This document shows positions 8,648 to 17,571 of a DNA stretch of 62,880 nt, in pieces. Source of the DNA: a virus (Duplodnaviria; Caudoviricetes); IMG/VR virus record IMGVR_UViG_3300045838_000044, positions 1 to 62,880 of that record. One strand, written 5' to 3'. The first letter of the stretch is position 1. The number at the start of each line of letters is the position of its first letter. Below the pieces are notes generated by a model, which was given only the letters and a program-made list of their open reading frames with translations, was not told the DNA's origin and did not search any database. A program made the position numbers and the translations under genes.

Positions 8648-8908
8648 ATGGGCTTTCTCACGGGGATCCGCGCGTGGTGCGAGAACCACAAGAAGTTGAC
8701 CGTCACGATCGTGGGCGCGCTGGTGGATCTCGTGCCCGATAAGTATCTGCCCCAGGACCAGAAGCTCGCGATGACTGCCACCCTCATGGCGTTCATCCTC
8801 GGCCAGGGGATCGCCGACCACGGCAAGGAGGCGGCCAAGATCCAGGCGGCCGCGGCCTGCGCCCAGCTCGCCGCCGTCCCCGAGCCCATCGTCACCCCCG
8901 GTAAGTAG
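8648..8908 (+). CDS. Putative holin-like membrane protein
   Basis: Two hydrophobic segments and an AFILGQGIADHGK motif. Confidence 0.5.
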   Translation: MGFLTGIRAWCENHKKLTVTIVGALVDLVPDKYLPQDQKLAMTATLMAFILGQGIADHGKEAAKIQAAAACAQLAAVPEPIVTPGK

Positions 8909-8927
8909 CCCCTACTGGGCCTCGCCC

Positions 8928-9602
8928 GTGCCCGGCCCTGAGATCGACCCCGATCGGTTCGAGGAGGCGATCCGCGCCTTCCGCAAACGCGTGCCGATCA
9001 GCGAGGCCGAGTGGGAGCGGCTCACCGAGGCCGAGCGGGAGTTCGCGTTCAAGGTCTCGGGAGCTGCGCAGGCCGACCTCGTCAACGATGTCTGGGAGGC
9101 CATCGACCGCGCCATCCGGGACGGGACCACGCTGGAGGACTTCAAGGCCTCGGTGGGCGACGAGCTCGAGGCGGCCTGGGGCGCCGCGGATCCCTCGCGC
9201 CTCGAGACCATCTTCCGGACGAACACGATGGGCGCCTACAACGGGGGCCGGCACGCGATCTTGAGTCACCCCGAGGTGCGCAAGGCGCGGCCGTACTGGC
9301 GCTTCGATGGTGTGGACGATGCCAGGCAGTCGGAGATCTGCGCCGCCCTCGACGGCACGGTCAGGCCCGCAGACGATCCGTTCTGGAGCGCGCACACGCC
9401 CCCGCTGCATTTCAACTGCCGATCGGTGATTACGCCGCTCTCGTCGGAGGAGGCGGCCGACGAGGGCATCGATGATGAAGCGCCCGACGCGGAGGCGGAT
9501 GATGGCTTCGGGGCCGCGCCGACGGTGGGCAGCGACTGGGAGCCGGATCCGTCGGACTATCCGCCGGGCATCGCCGAGATCCTTCGCGATCGTCTGCGGT
9601 AA
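8928..9602 (+). CDS. MuF / Mu gp30-like head morphogenesis protein
   Basis: RLETIFRTN..GAYNGGR, PYWRF, ALDGTVRPADDPFW, PPLHFNCRS. Confidence 0.93.
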   Translation: MPGPEIDPDRFEEAIRAFRKRVPISEAEWERLTEAEREFAFKVSGAAQADLVNDVWEAIDRAIRDGTTLEDFKASVGDELEAAWGAADPSRLETIFRTNTMGAYNGGRHAILSHPEVRKARPYWRFDGVDDARQSEICAALDGTVRPADDPFWSAHTPPLHFNCRSVITPLSSEEAADEGIDDEAPDAEADDGFGAAPTVGSDWEPDPSDYPPGIAEILRDRLR

Positions 9603-9639
9603 TCGGGGAAGTTGAGGCGCGCGTGTAAGCGCCGCCACG

Positions 9640-10767
9640 ATGGACCGCGTGAAGGCGGCGCTATCCGCGCGACTTTTGATGTCCATCCCCGACGCGGGGA
9701 AGGCGCCGACCGAGTTCCGCGTGCTGAAGGCCGGCTGGAACCAGACCGAGAAGGGAAACTTTCTCTTCGACGAAGAGGCCGCCAATGCGGTGATGGAAGC
9801 GTACCGGGCGAAGGGGCTCGACAAGGTGCAGATCGATTACGAGCACCAGAGCCTGCAGCCGCCCCCCGGTGGCGGCCCCGCCGACAAGCCAGCGGCGGGC
9901 TGGTTCAAGCCCGAGGTGCGCAACGGCGAGCTGTGGGCTGTCGAGCTCTCCTGGAGCGCCCGGGCCGCCTCGATGCTGGCGCCGGCGGCGGGCGCGCCGG
10001 AATACCGCTACTTCTCCCCGATCCTGTTCTTCGACGAGGATACCCGCCGGGTGACCCGCCTGAAGAACATCGCCCTCACCAACGATCCCGCGATGGACGA
10101 GATCGAGCCGCTCGCGGCCGCGACGGCACTTCCCGGAAAGGACTCGAACATGCCCTGTGAGAACTGCACCGCTCTGTCCGCAAAGGTGAAGGAGATGGAG
10201 GAGAAGTGCTCGGCGCTCACCGCGCAGCTCTCCGCCTTCCAGAAGAAGGACGCGGACGGGGACAACGACAAGAAGGCGGCGATGACCGCTCTCACCGCCG
10301 TGCAGACCCGGCTCTGCGCCCTCACCGGCCAGCAGACCGAGGCGGCGGCCCTCGGCGTGATCGAGGCGTGGAAGACGAAGGCCGCGCAGGCCGACACGCT
10401 CATCGCCGAGAAGGCGCAGCTCGAGGTGGCCGCGCTGACGGCCGAGATGGGCAAGATCCTCGACGAGGCCACGAAGGCCGGCAAGCTGCCGCCCGCGCTC
10501 AAGACCTTCGAGGAGAAGGCGGCGCTGGCCTTCGGCGGCGGGAAGCTGACCAAGGAGGGCGTCGAGTTCCTGCGGGCGAAGTGGGGCGCCGCGGGGGTGG
10601 CGCCGCTCGTCTCTACCAAGGAGACGTCCAGCAGGGAGACCGCCACGGTGCTCACTGCAGCCGACTACGAGATGGGCAAGAAGCTCAACACCGACATGGT
10701 GGCCTTCGAGAAATGGAAGATCGAGAAGGCGGAGCGCGAGGCCAAGGAGCGGGCCGCCCGCTCGTAA
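9640..10767 (+). CDS. Mu gpI-like prohead protease with C-terminal scaffold
   Basis: IDYEHQS, PAAGW, EYRYFSP, IALTNDPA; Ala/Lys-rich coiled-coil C-terminus. Confidence 0.9.
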   Translation: MDRVKAALSARLLMSIPDAGKAPTEFRVLKAGWNQTEKGNFLFDEEAANAVMEAYRAKGLDKVQIDYEHQSLQPPPGGGPADKPAAGWFKPEVRNGELWAVELSWSARAASMLAPAAGAPEYRYFSPILFFDEDTRRVTRLKNIALTNDPAMDEIEPLAAATALPGKDSNMPCENCTALSAKVKEMEEKCSALTAQLSAFQKKDADGDNDKKAAMTALTAVQTRLCALTGQQTEAAALGVIEAWKTKAAQADTLIAEKAQLEVAALTAEMGKILDEATKAGKLPPALKTFEEKAALAFGGGKLTKEGVEFLRAKWGAAGVAPLVSTKETSSRETATVLTAADYEMGKKLNTDMVAFEKWKIEKAEREAKERAARS

Positions 10768-10800
10768 CGGGACCCCAGGGAACGCACAAGGAGAACCCAG

Positions 10801-11586
10801 ATGGCAGCTTTGACCAAGCCCCGCAACACACTCCGGATGGGGCCCGGCGAACCGGTCGTCACCTCGGTGGACGTGCCGCTGAAGGCAAACGCCAAGGTCT
10901 TCCTTGGCGGAATGGTGGCGCTGGACTCGAGCGGTTATGGCGTGGCGCCTTCGGCCGCGCTCGGACTCCGGGTCTGCGGCCGCTTCGCGCCTGAGCATGC
11001 GGCAACCGTCTCCCTGGACAACACCGGGGGCGCCAACGGCGCGCTGGTGGCGCGGGTGGAGCAGGGGGTCTTCCGCTACGGCAACTCGTCCTCGGGCGAC
11101 GCCATCGCGCAGGCCAACCTGCCCTGCGTGGTCTATGCCGTCGACGATCAGACGGTGGCCCTCACCGATGGCGGCGGCACGCGCAGCCCGGCGGGTATCG
11201 CCGTCGCCGTGGACAGCATCGGCGTCTACGTGTCGATGAGCCTGCAGATGGCGCTCTTCGTGGAGCGCCTCGGCGGCGCGAGCTTCGGGGCCGCGCCCGA
11301 CGAGCAGATCTCCGCCAGCGGCGCGCTGTCGGTCACGAAGCGCACCAGCATTCTCTCGGTGTCCGGCACGAAGGCGTACACCCTCGCCGACGGCACTTAC
11401 GTGGGCCAGCGGAAGACGATCTTCTGCCGGTCGGCGGCTAGCACTCCTAACGGCGTCGTGACGCCCGCTCACCCCAACAACTTCCTGACCATTACTTTCG
11501 CGAGCGCGAACGCGTTCGTGGATCTGGAATGGAACGGCACCGCCTGGGACATCGTCGGTGTCGGCGGCACCGTAACCATCGCCTGA
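10801..11586 (+). CDS. Head decoration/cement protein with an extra C-terminal beta-rich domain
   Basis: DNTGGANG...GVFRY.NS...YAVDDQTVA..DG.GTRS.AG; lies between protease and capsid genes. Confidence 0.8.
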   Translation: MAALTKPRNTLRMGPGEPVVTSVDVPLKANAKVFLGGMVALDSSGYGVAPSAALGLRVCGRFAPEHAATVSLDNTGGANGALVARVEQGVFRYGNSSSGDAIAQANLPCVVYAVDDQTVALTDGGGTRSPAGIAVAVDSIGVYVSMSLQMALFVERLGGASFGAAPDEQISASGALSVTKRTSILSVSGTKAYTLADGTYVGQRKTIFCRSAASTPNGVVTPAHPNNFLTITFASANAFVDLEWNGTAWDIVGVGGTVTIA

Positions 11587-11602
11587 GGAGGACGCTTCCG
11601 TT

Positions 11603-12547
11603 ATGGAAATTGTCAATTCGACTCCGCTCGCAAGCTTCTTCCAGCAGATCGAGTTCCGCTTCCAGCAGGGGTACCAGCGTCGCAAGATGTTCTGGCCCCA
11701 GTACGCCGAGGAGGTGCCCTCCTCGACGAAGCAGAACGTCTACACCTGGCTGGCGGAGCTGCCTGGCCTCCGCAAGTGGGTGGGGCCCAAGCTGGCTCGG
11801 AACATCGCGGCCCGTGCCGTCGCTCTCGTGAACGACGACTACGAGGACACGATGGAGATCGACCGCAACGACATCGACGACGACATCGCCGGCGTCTACG
11901 GTCGCAAGGCCGAGCTGATGGGCGACGCCGGCAACCGCTGGGGCGACGATCTCGTCACCTCCGCCATCATCAACGGCACCAGCACCACCTGCTTCGACGG
12001 CCAGAACTTCTTCGACACCAGCCACCCGGTGGACGTCGACGACAGCAGCCAGGGGACCTACGCCAACCTCTTCACCGGCCGGCCGCTCACTCAGGCCAAC
12101 TTCAACTACGTCTATTCGCAGATGCAGTCGGTGAAGGGTGAGTCGGGCAAGCCCTTGGAGGTGACCCCGACGCTCCTGGTGGTCGGGCCGGCCCTGCGCG
12201 AGATTGCCCTCGAAATCACCAAGGCGGGCCTCATCAAGCAGCTCGCGACCAACGTCGCCGGCAGCGAGAACGTGGGCGCCGCCGCGGCCACGAACATCAA
12301 CATGGGCGAGGTGACGCCGGTGATCGTCCCCCGCCTCGTCGACGACACCGCAGGGGCCTGGTACCTCTTCAGCACCGATCGGCTGAAGCCCTTCCTCTTC
12401 CAGGTGCGCAAGCCGGTGACGCCGGTGCTGATGATCGACCCGCAGAACCCGATCGTCTTCAACCAGCGCAAGTTCCACTGGGGGGTGGAGGCCCGCGGCG
12501 CCGCGGGCGTGACCCTGCCCTTCCTGGCGGCCAAGGCTACCCCGTGA
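11603..12547 (+). CDS. Mu gpT-like major capsid protein
   Basis: YTWLAELPGLRKWVG, IDRNDIDDD, CFDGQNFFDTSHPV, PTLLVVGPAL, KPFLFQ.R, GVEARG. Confidence 0.95.
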   Translation: MEIVNSTPLASFFQQIEFRFQQGYQRRKMFWPQYAEEVPSSTKQNVYTWLAELPGLRKWVGPKLARNIAARAVALVNDDYEDTMEIDRNDIDDDIAGVYGRKAELMGDAGNRWGDDLVTSAIINGTSTTCFDGQNFFDTSHPVDVDDSSQGTYANLFTGRPLTQANFNYVYSQMQSVKGESGKPLEVTPTLLVVGPALREIALEITKAGLIKQLATNVAGSENVGAAAATNINMGEVTPVIVPRLVDDTAGAWYLFSTDRLKPFLFQVRKPVTPVLMIDPQNPIVFNQRKFHWGVEARGAAGVTLPFLAAKATP

Positions 12548-13119
12548 GCAAGTACATCGAGGTGGAAGCCGTCCCCCGGGAGGGGCACGGCAGCCGGTGG
12601 CGGGCCGACCGCGAGTTCAAGGCGGGCGAGCCCGTCCGGCTCGAAGTCCTCGATCAGGACGAGGACCACATCAAGGGCTGGACGGCCGACCACCAGCCCA
12701 TCTTCGACGACGCCACCACCGTCGAGGCGGAGGTCACCAACCACAGCACCGGCAAGGTCACCAAGACCCGCCGGCCGCACCCGACCAAGATCGGGCGCAA
12801 GGGGTACGAGCAGATCAAGGCCGACCCGGTGCTGCGCATCCGCGAGGGCGGAGACCTCGAGACCAAGGTCTCGAGGGAGGCCATGGACGCCGCCCGCAAG
12901 CAGGCCTCCGAGCTCGGCGCGAAGCTGACCGACGCCCACGCCGAGCTGGCGGAGGTGAAGGCCGAGAACGCCAAGCTCAAGGCCCGTATCGCGGAGCTCG
13001 AGGGCAAGGGCGGCCCGGCGCGGGCCGAGGGCGGCGGGGAGCCGGGCGCGCCCTCGGCGCTGGCGGGCGGCGAGGAATCGAAGGGCTCCGCGAACACGGG
13101 CAAGGGGTCGAAGAAGTAG
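12544..13119 (+). CDS. Head-associated protein (Mu gp35-like position)
   Basis: Synteny; R.R...F and IKADPVL motifs; coiled coil. Confidence 0.65.
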   Translation: MSKYIEVEAVPREGHGSRWRADREFKAGEPVRLEVLDQDEDHIKGWTADHQPIFDDATTVEAEVTNHSTGKVTKTRRPHPTKIGRKGYEQIKADPVLRIREGGDLETKVSREAMDAARKQASELGAKLTDAHAELAEVKAENAKLKARIAELEGKGGPARAEGGGEPGAPSALAGGEESKGSANTGKGSKK

Positions 13120-13125
13120 GACGGG

Positions 13126-13590
13126 ATGCCCGCGCCGATCTACCAGTACGCGCAGGTCACTGACCTGGCCGCCGGCATCAACCCGGCGGCGCTGGCCGGC
13201 GTGGATCCCACCACCCAAGCGGGAGCCATCGCGGACGCCTCGGCGCTCATCGACTCCTATCTGCGGCAGCAGTTCACGCTGCCGCTCACGAAGGTGGGCA
13301 CCGATGTGCGCCGGGTCTGCGTCAACGTCGCGATCTACTACATCCTCGTCGGCCGCGGCTACAACCCGGAGGCCGGCAGCGACCCGGGCATCCGCGCCCG
13401 CTACGAGGATGCAATCGCGTGGCTGAAGGCAGTGGCGTCTGGGACGGCAATCCCGGACATCACCGACTCCACGCCCGGGGGCGCGGAGGGCGAGATCGGG
13501 GCGCGGCCGCTCGTGATCTCCTCCGACCAGCGGGGGTTCTCGAGCCGGGCGGATCCCAACGGCCGGACGGCGCCGTTCCAGGACGACTGA
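13126..13590 (+). CDS. Head-tail adaptor (Mu gp36/DUF1320-like)
   Basis: DASALIDSYL...LPL, RYEDAIAWLKAVASG. Confidence 0.9.
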   Translation: MPAPIYQYAQVTDLAAGINPAALAGVDPTTQAGAIADASALIDSYLRQQFTLPLTKVGTDVRRVCVNVAIYYILVGRGYNPEAGSDPGIRARYEDAIAWLKAVASGTAIPDITDSTPGGAEGEIGARPLVISSDQRGFSSRADPNGRTAPFQDD

Positions 13591-13592
13591 CG

Positions 13593-14024
13593 ATGGCGAT
13601 GGTCCGCAGCAGCTTCGGGGCGCTGGAAGACCTGCGGCGCCGTACCGGCCTCATCGGGAGCCCGCAGTTCCGGGAGACTGTGGCGCGCCGGCTGGCGACC
13701 GCGGCCATCAAGCTGATGGCCGACGAGTTCCGGGACTCGCGCGATCCCTACGGGCGCCCGTGGCGGCCGCTGCGCCGCCGCGTCGGCAAGCCCCTCCTCA
13801 ACACCGGCCGGCTGCGAGCGGCGGCCGGGGCGTTCGCCCAGGGCGCCACCATCCGGATCTCGATCCCCGTCGAGTACGCCTCCTATCACCAGTATGGGAC
13901 GAGGCGGATCCCCCAGCGGCAGATCGTGCCGACGGCGGCCACCGGCGGCCTCGGGCCGATCTGGCTGCCGGTCTTCCGGCGCGAGATAGAGGGCGCCATC
14001 CGGGACGCGGCGGGGGTGCACTGA
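13593..14024 (+). CDS. Virion morphogenesis protein (Mu gpG-like)
   Basis: DPYGRPWRPL, PLLNTGRL, YASYHQYGT..IPQR. Confidence 0.88.
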   Translation: MAMVRSSFGALEDLRRRTGLIGSPQFRETVARRLATAAIKLMADEFRDSRDPYGRPWRPLRRRVGKPLLNTGRLRAAAGAFAQGATIRISIPVEYASYHQYGTRRIPQRQIVPTAATGGLGPIWLPVFRREIEGAIRDAAGVH

Positions 14025-14536
14025 TGGGACTCGGGGACTTTTTCGCGGCTGTGCAGACGCAGGTCACGACCACGCTGACGGCGCTCGGCCAGCCGATCCC
14101 GGCTTTCGACGTGGGGGCCGACCGGCTCATGGTCGAAGGGGCCCCGCCGCGGATCGTCTGGGTGCCGCTGCGCGAGCGGATCCTCGGGCCGCATGCCCAG
14201 GGCGGCGACGGCGTCACCAACCCCCGCCCGCTGCGGACGCGCCACGCGCAAGTGCAGGTGCGCATCTGGGGCGTCGGCTCTCCGCCGAGCGCCGTCAACG
14301 ATCTCGCGGCCACCGAGGCCCTCATCAACCACCTGGTGGCGGCCATCAACGCCGTCGGCTGGGGGGCGTGGGACGCGACGGGCGGGGACTGGTCCCTCGC
14401 GCAGGGGTCCACCACCCGGCTCGGGATCGTCTACGTGCTCGACCTCGAAGTGCAGATCCCGATCACCCGCGAGGCCGACGTCCTCCACGTCGTCAGCTCG
14501 ATGCCGATCACGATTCCCGACCCGCTCTCATCCTGA
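14024..14536 (+). CDS. Tail terminator/completion protein
   Basis: Synteny; PPRIVWVP motif. Confidence 0.65.
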   Translation: MGLGDFFAAVQTQVTTTLTALGQPIPAFDVGADRLMVEGAPPRIVWVPLRERILGPHAQGGDGVTNPRPLRTRHAQVQVRIWGVGSPPSAVNDLAATEALINHLVAAINAVGWGAWDATGGDWSLAQGSTTRLGIVYVLDLEVQIPITREADVLHVVSSMPITIPDPLSS

Positions 14537-14547
14537 GGAGACCGCCC

Positions 14548-14856
14548 ATGGAAGACACCGAGCACCCGACCGAGGCCGCGAGCGGCGAGAAGCTGCCGGT
14601 CGAGAAGTGGGCCGAGCGCAAGGGCCTCTGGCCGCAGTTCGGGCCGGCCCCAACCTACCCGGTCCCGGCCGCCGCGGCCGCCGCGGGTGGGCCGGTGGCG
14701 GTCAACCTGGCGGGGCTCGTCGGGCCGCGGCCCAACCCCGACTACTGGAAGTTCGCGGCGGCCAAGGTGCACGAGCGCTGGCCGGAGGGCAAGGAGCTGA
14801 CCGAGGAGGAGTTCGACCGGGCCATCGAGATCGTCACCGGCCACGTGGCCCGATAA
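14548..14856 (+). CDS. Small tail-region protein
   Basis: GAGGAG RBS; W..GKELTEEEFDRAI motif before the sheath gene. Confidence 0.65.
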   Translation: MEDTEHPTEAASGEKLPVEKWAERKGLWPQFGPAPTYPVPAAAAAAGGPVAVNLAGLVGPRPNPDYWKFAAAKVHERWPEGKELTEEEFDRAIEIVTGHVAR

Positions 14857-14877
14857 CCACCAGCGAGGACGCGCGAC

Positions 14878-16548
14878 ATGTCACTGCCTGACGCGACATT
14901 CAAGATCCAGGACGGCGCCCTCGGCCAGACGCCGCCGTCGGTGGCCAACGCCCACGTCAAGCTGGGCGTCTGCTCGGCGGGCATCGTCGGCCAGATCTAC
15001 TCGTTTGGCGACGCCGGCACCGCGGCCGCCACGCTGGGATCTGGCCCGCTCGTCGAGGCCCTCGCCGACAGCCTCTCGGTGGGCGGCCCCGTCTACGCGC
15101 TGCCGGTGAATCCCAGCGCCTACGGCAGCAACGGCAGCGTGACCCACACCGGCCCGGGCACCGGCACGGTGGCCGCGAGCCTCGCGCCCGCCCAGTCCAT
15201 CCAGCTCAAGATCGGGACCGGCGGCACCAACGGGACGATGACTTTCCAGGTGTCGCTCAACGGTGGCGCATACGGCACGCCGGTGGCCAGCACCAGCGGT
15301 ACCTTCTCGTATGCGGTGCCGGGGACCCTGACCACCGTGACCTTCGCGTCGGGGCAGACGTGGGTGAGCAACGACGTCTACCTCATCGCCACCGACGGCT
15401 CGGTGACCCTCACCGGCTCGGGGCCGGCCGCCTCGAACGTCACCCACAGCGACAGCCCGATCGACGCCTACTCGGTGCTCCTCACCATCACCACCGCGGG
15501 CGGCCTCGGCGCGGGGGTGTTCACCTACTCGGTGGATGGCGGCAACAGCACCTCGGGCCAGATCGCTATCCCCAGCGGCGCCGGCAAGTACGCCATCCCC
15601 GGGACCGGGGTGGTGGCCACCTTCTCGGGGACGTTCACGGCCGGGGACACCTACGCTTGGACCACCACGGCGGCCGGCTACAGCACCACCGATCTCACCA
15701 ACGCCTTCACCGCGCTCCTCGCGGCCGCCCCCGAGTGGGGCTTCGTGCACGTGGTTGGCACCTGGGCCAACGCGGCAGCCGCAGCCTCGGCCGCGGCGAT
15801 CGTCGACACCCAGATGACCACGGCCGAGGGCCAGTTCCGCTTCGCCTTCGGGCTCGTCGAGTGCCCGACCTCGGAGTCGGACTCGACGGTGGCCTCGGCC
15901 TTCGCCTCCTTCCAGAGCCGGCGGACCGGGGTGGTGGCGGGAGACATCGGCCACGTCTCGTCGGTCACCGGCCGCATCCTGCGGCGGAACGCGGCCTGGG
16001 CGGTGGCGACCCACATCGCCAACATCCAGCCGGGCGAGGATCCGGCCTTCGTCGGCAGCACCACGCCGATCGTGCATGTGGCCAGCCTCTACCGGGACGA
16101 GCAGAAGACGCCCTTCCTCGACGCCCAGCGGTTCATCACCATGCGGACGTTCCCGGGGCGGCCGGGCTATTTCATCACCAACGGCAACCTGATGGCCCCG
16201 CCGGGCTCCGACTTCAACTACGTCCAGCGCCGCCGGGTGATGGATGCGGCCTGCCGGATCGCCCGCCAGGGCGAGCTGCCCTACCTCAACGGCTCGGTCC
16301 GGATCAACCCGGCCGACGGGACCATCGACGAACGGGACGCGCAGAGCTTCGAGGCCACCGTCAACTCGAAGCTCAAGGCCGGGGTGGTTTCCACCGGAGA
16401 CGCCTCCGCCTCGAGCGTGGTGGTGAACCGGGCGGCCAACATCCTCTCGACGAGCACGCTGCCGGTGACGGTGCGGATCACGCCGCTCGGCTACATGAAG
16501 TTCATCTCGACGAACATCGGCTTCCAGAACCCGTCGCTCTCGACGTAG
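14878..16548 (+). CDS. Tail sheath protein (DUF2586-like)
   Basis: LPD....IQDGALG N-terminus; LDAQRFITMRTFPGRPGYFITN, GSDF....RRVMD.ACR, VRITPLGY. Confidence 0.9.
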   Translation: MSLPDATFKIQDGALGQTPPSVANAHVKLGVCSAGIVGQIYSFGDAGTAAATLGSGPLVEALADSLSVGGPVYALPVNPSAYGSNGSVTHTGPGTGTVAASLAPAQSIQLKIGTGGTNGTMTFQVSLNGGAYGTPVASTSGTFSYAVPGTLTTVTFASGQTWVSNDVYLIATDGSVTLTGSGPAASNVTHSDSPIDAYSVLLTITTAGGLGAGVFTYSVDGGNSTSGQIAIPSGAGKYAIPGTGVVATFSGTFTAGDTYAWTTTAAGYSTTDLTNAFTALLAAAPEWGFVHVVGTWANAAAAASAAAIVDTQMTTAEGQFRFAFGLVECPTSESDSTVASAFASFQSRRTGVVAGDIGHVSSVTGRILRRNAAWAVATHIANIQPGEDPAFVGSTTPIVHVASLYRDEQKTPFLDAQRFITMRTFPGRPGYFITNGNLMAPPGSDFNYVQRRRVMDAACRIARQGELPYLNGSVRINPADGTIDERDAQSFEATVNSKLKAGVVSTGDASASSVVVNRAANILSTSTLPVTVRITPLGYMKFISTNIGFQNPSLST

Positions 16549-16557
16549 GGAGACACC

Positions 16558-17031
16558 ATGGCGCCGCCCATCCAATACCCGCTCATCAACGGCCACCGGT
16601 ACTCGTTCGCGAGCATCGAGGCGCGCTTCAACGGGATCCCCATCATCGGGTTCAAGTCGCTCAACTACAGCGACGAGCTGGCGCCCGGCGAGGTGTACGG
16701 TAGCCGGCCCCAGCTCCTCGGCGCCACCCGCGGCAAGCAGAAGGCCAGTGCGGACTTCGAGATGTACCGGCTCGAGTTCGAGGCCCTGAAGGCGACGCTG
16801 GGGATCGGCGGCGTCGGCTTCGGGGAGCAGAAGTTCGACATCGTGGCCCAGTATGCCGAGCTCGGGCAGCCCGTCATCACCGACACGGTGGTGGGCTTCC
16901 GCATCCAGAAGGTGGAGTTCTCGAACGCGGACGGCACGGACGCCATCGTGGCCAAGGTGACCGGCTTCCCACTGCGCGTGCTCTTCAACGGCGTGCCGAT
17001 CGCGACCCCCGCGCTTCCCCTCGGGATCTGA
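16558..17031 (+). CDS. Tail tube protein
   Basis: INGHRYSFASI, YG....LGATRG; follows the sheath gene. Confidence 0.85.
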   Translation: MAPPIQYPLINGHRYSFASIEARFNGIPIIGFKSLNYSDELAPGEVYGSRPQLLGATRGKQKASADFEMYRLEFEALKATLGIGGVGFGEQKFDIVAQYAELGQPVITDTVVGFRIQKVEFSNADGTDAIVAKVTGFPLRVLFNGVPIATPALPLGI

Positions 17032-17077
17032 GGCCGGGGAGTAGGGCGAGGCTCCGGCGGCGGTCTACCGTGAGGGC

Positions 17078-17404
17078 ATGCCCATCACGGACGAGCGGAT
17101 CAAGCAGCTCAAGGCCGAGCATCCGGACAAGGATCTGCGGCTCCTCGCCAACGAGGACGTGGATATGGAGATCGTCGTCCGCCTCCCGACCGGCGGCGAG
17201 TGGAGCCAGTTCCGGGCCATGCAAGCCGACGAGACCAAGAAGCCGCATGCGCTCCGCAAGCTGCTCCTCGACTGCATCGTCGAGCCGCCGCGGGCGGAGT
17301 TCATCGCGACCCTCGACGTGCTGCCGGCGCTGGCCGAGACCTTCGGGAGCGAGTTGCTCACCGTCGCCGGCCTCTCGCGGGCAACCACCAGCCGAAAACT
17401 CTAG
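17078..17404 (+). CDS. Tail assembly chaperone (G); a -1 frameshift would extend it to 17568 (GT)
   Basis: Lies between tube and tape measure; ends ...CGA AAA CTC TAG with an open -1 frame to 17568. Confidence 0.8.
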   Translation: MPITDERIKQLKAEHPDKDLRLLANEDVDMEIVVRLPTGGEWSQFRAMQADETKKPHALRKLLLDCIVEPPRAEFIATLDVLPALAETFGSELLTVAGLSRATTSRKL

Positions 17405-17571
17405 CCGCCGTCGAAGAGGCCAAGCGGGATCCGCTGGCCTCGGCGGCCGCCCTGACCGCCTTCGTTCGCGGCGAGGATGGGGAGGAGGCGCAGATCGGCG
17501 CCCTGCTGGTCGCAGACGGCCTCGACTGCCTCCGGGTGGTGCGGGACTTCATTGCGCCGAAGCGGTGATGG

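Noticed and set aside
4237-14024. Transposable Mu-like phage
   Set aside because: No DDE transposase, MuB, Mor or Gam recognised; a tyrosine integrase and rep/DnaB are present
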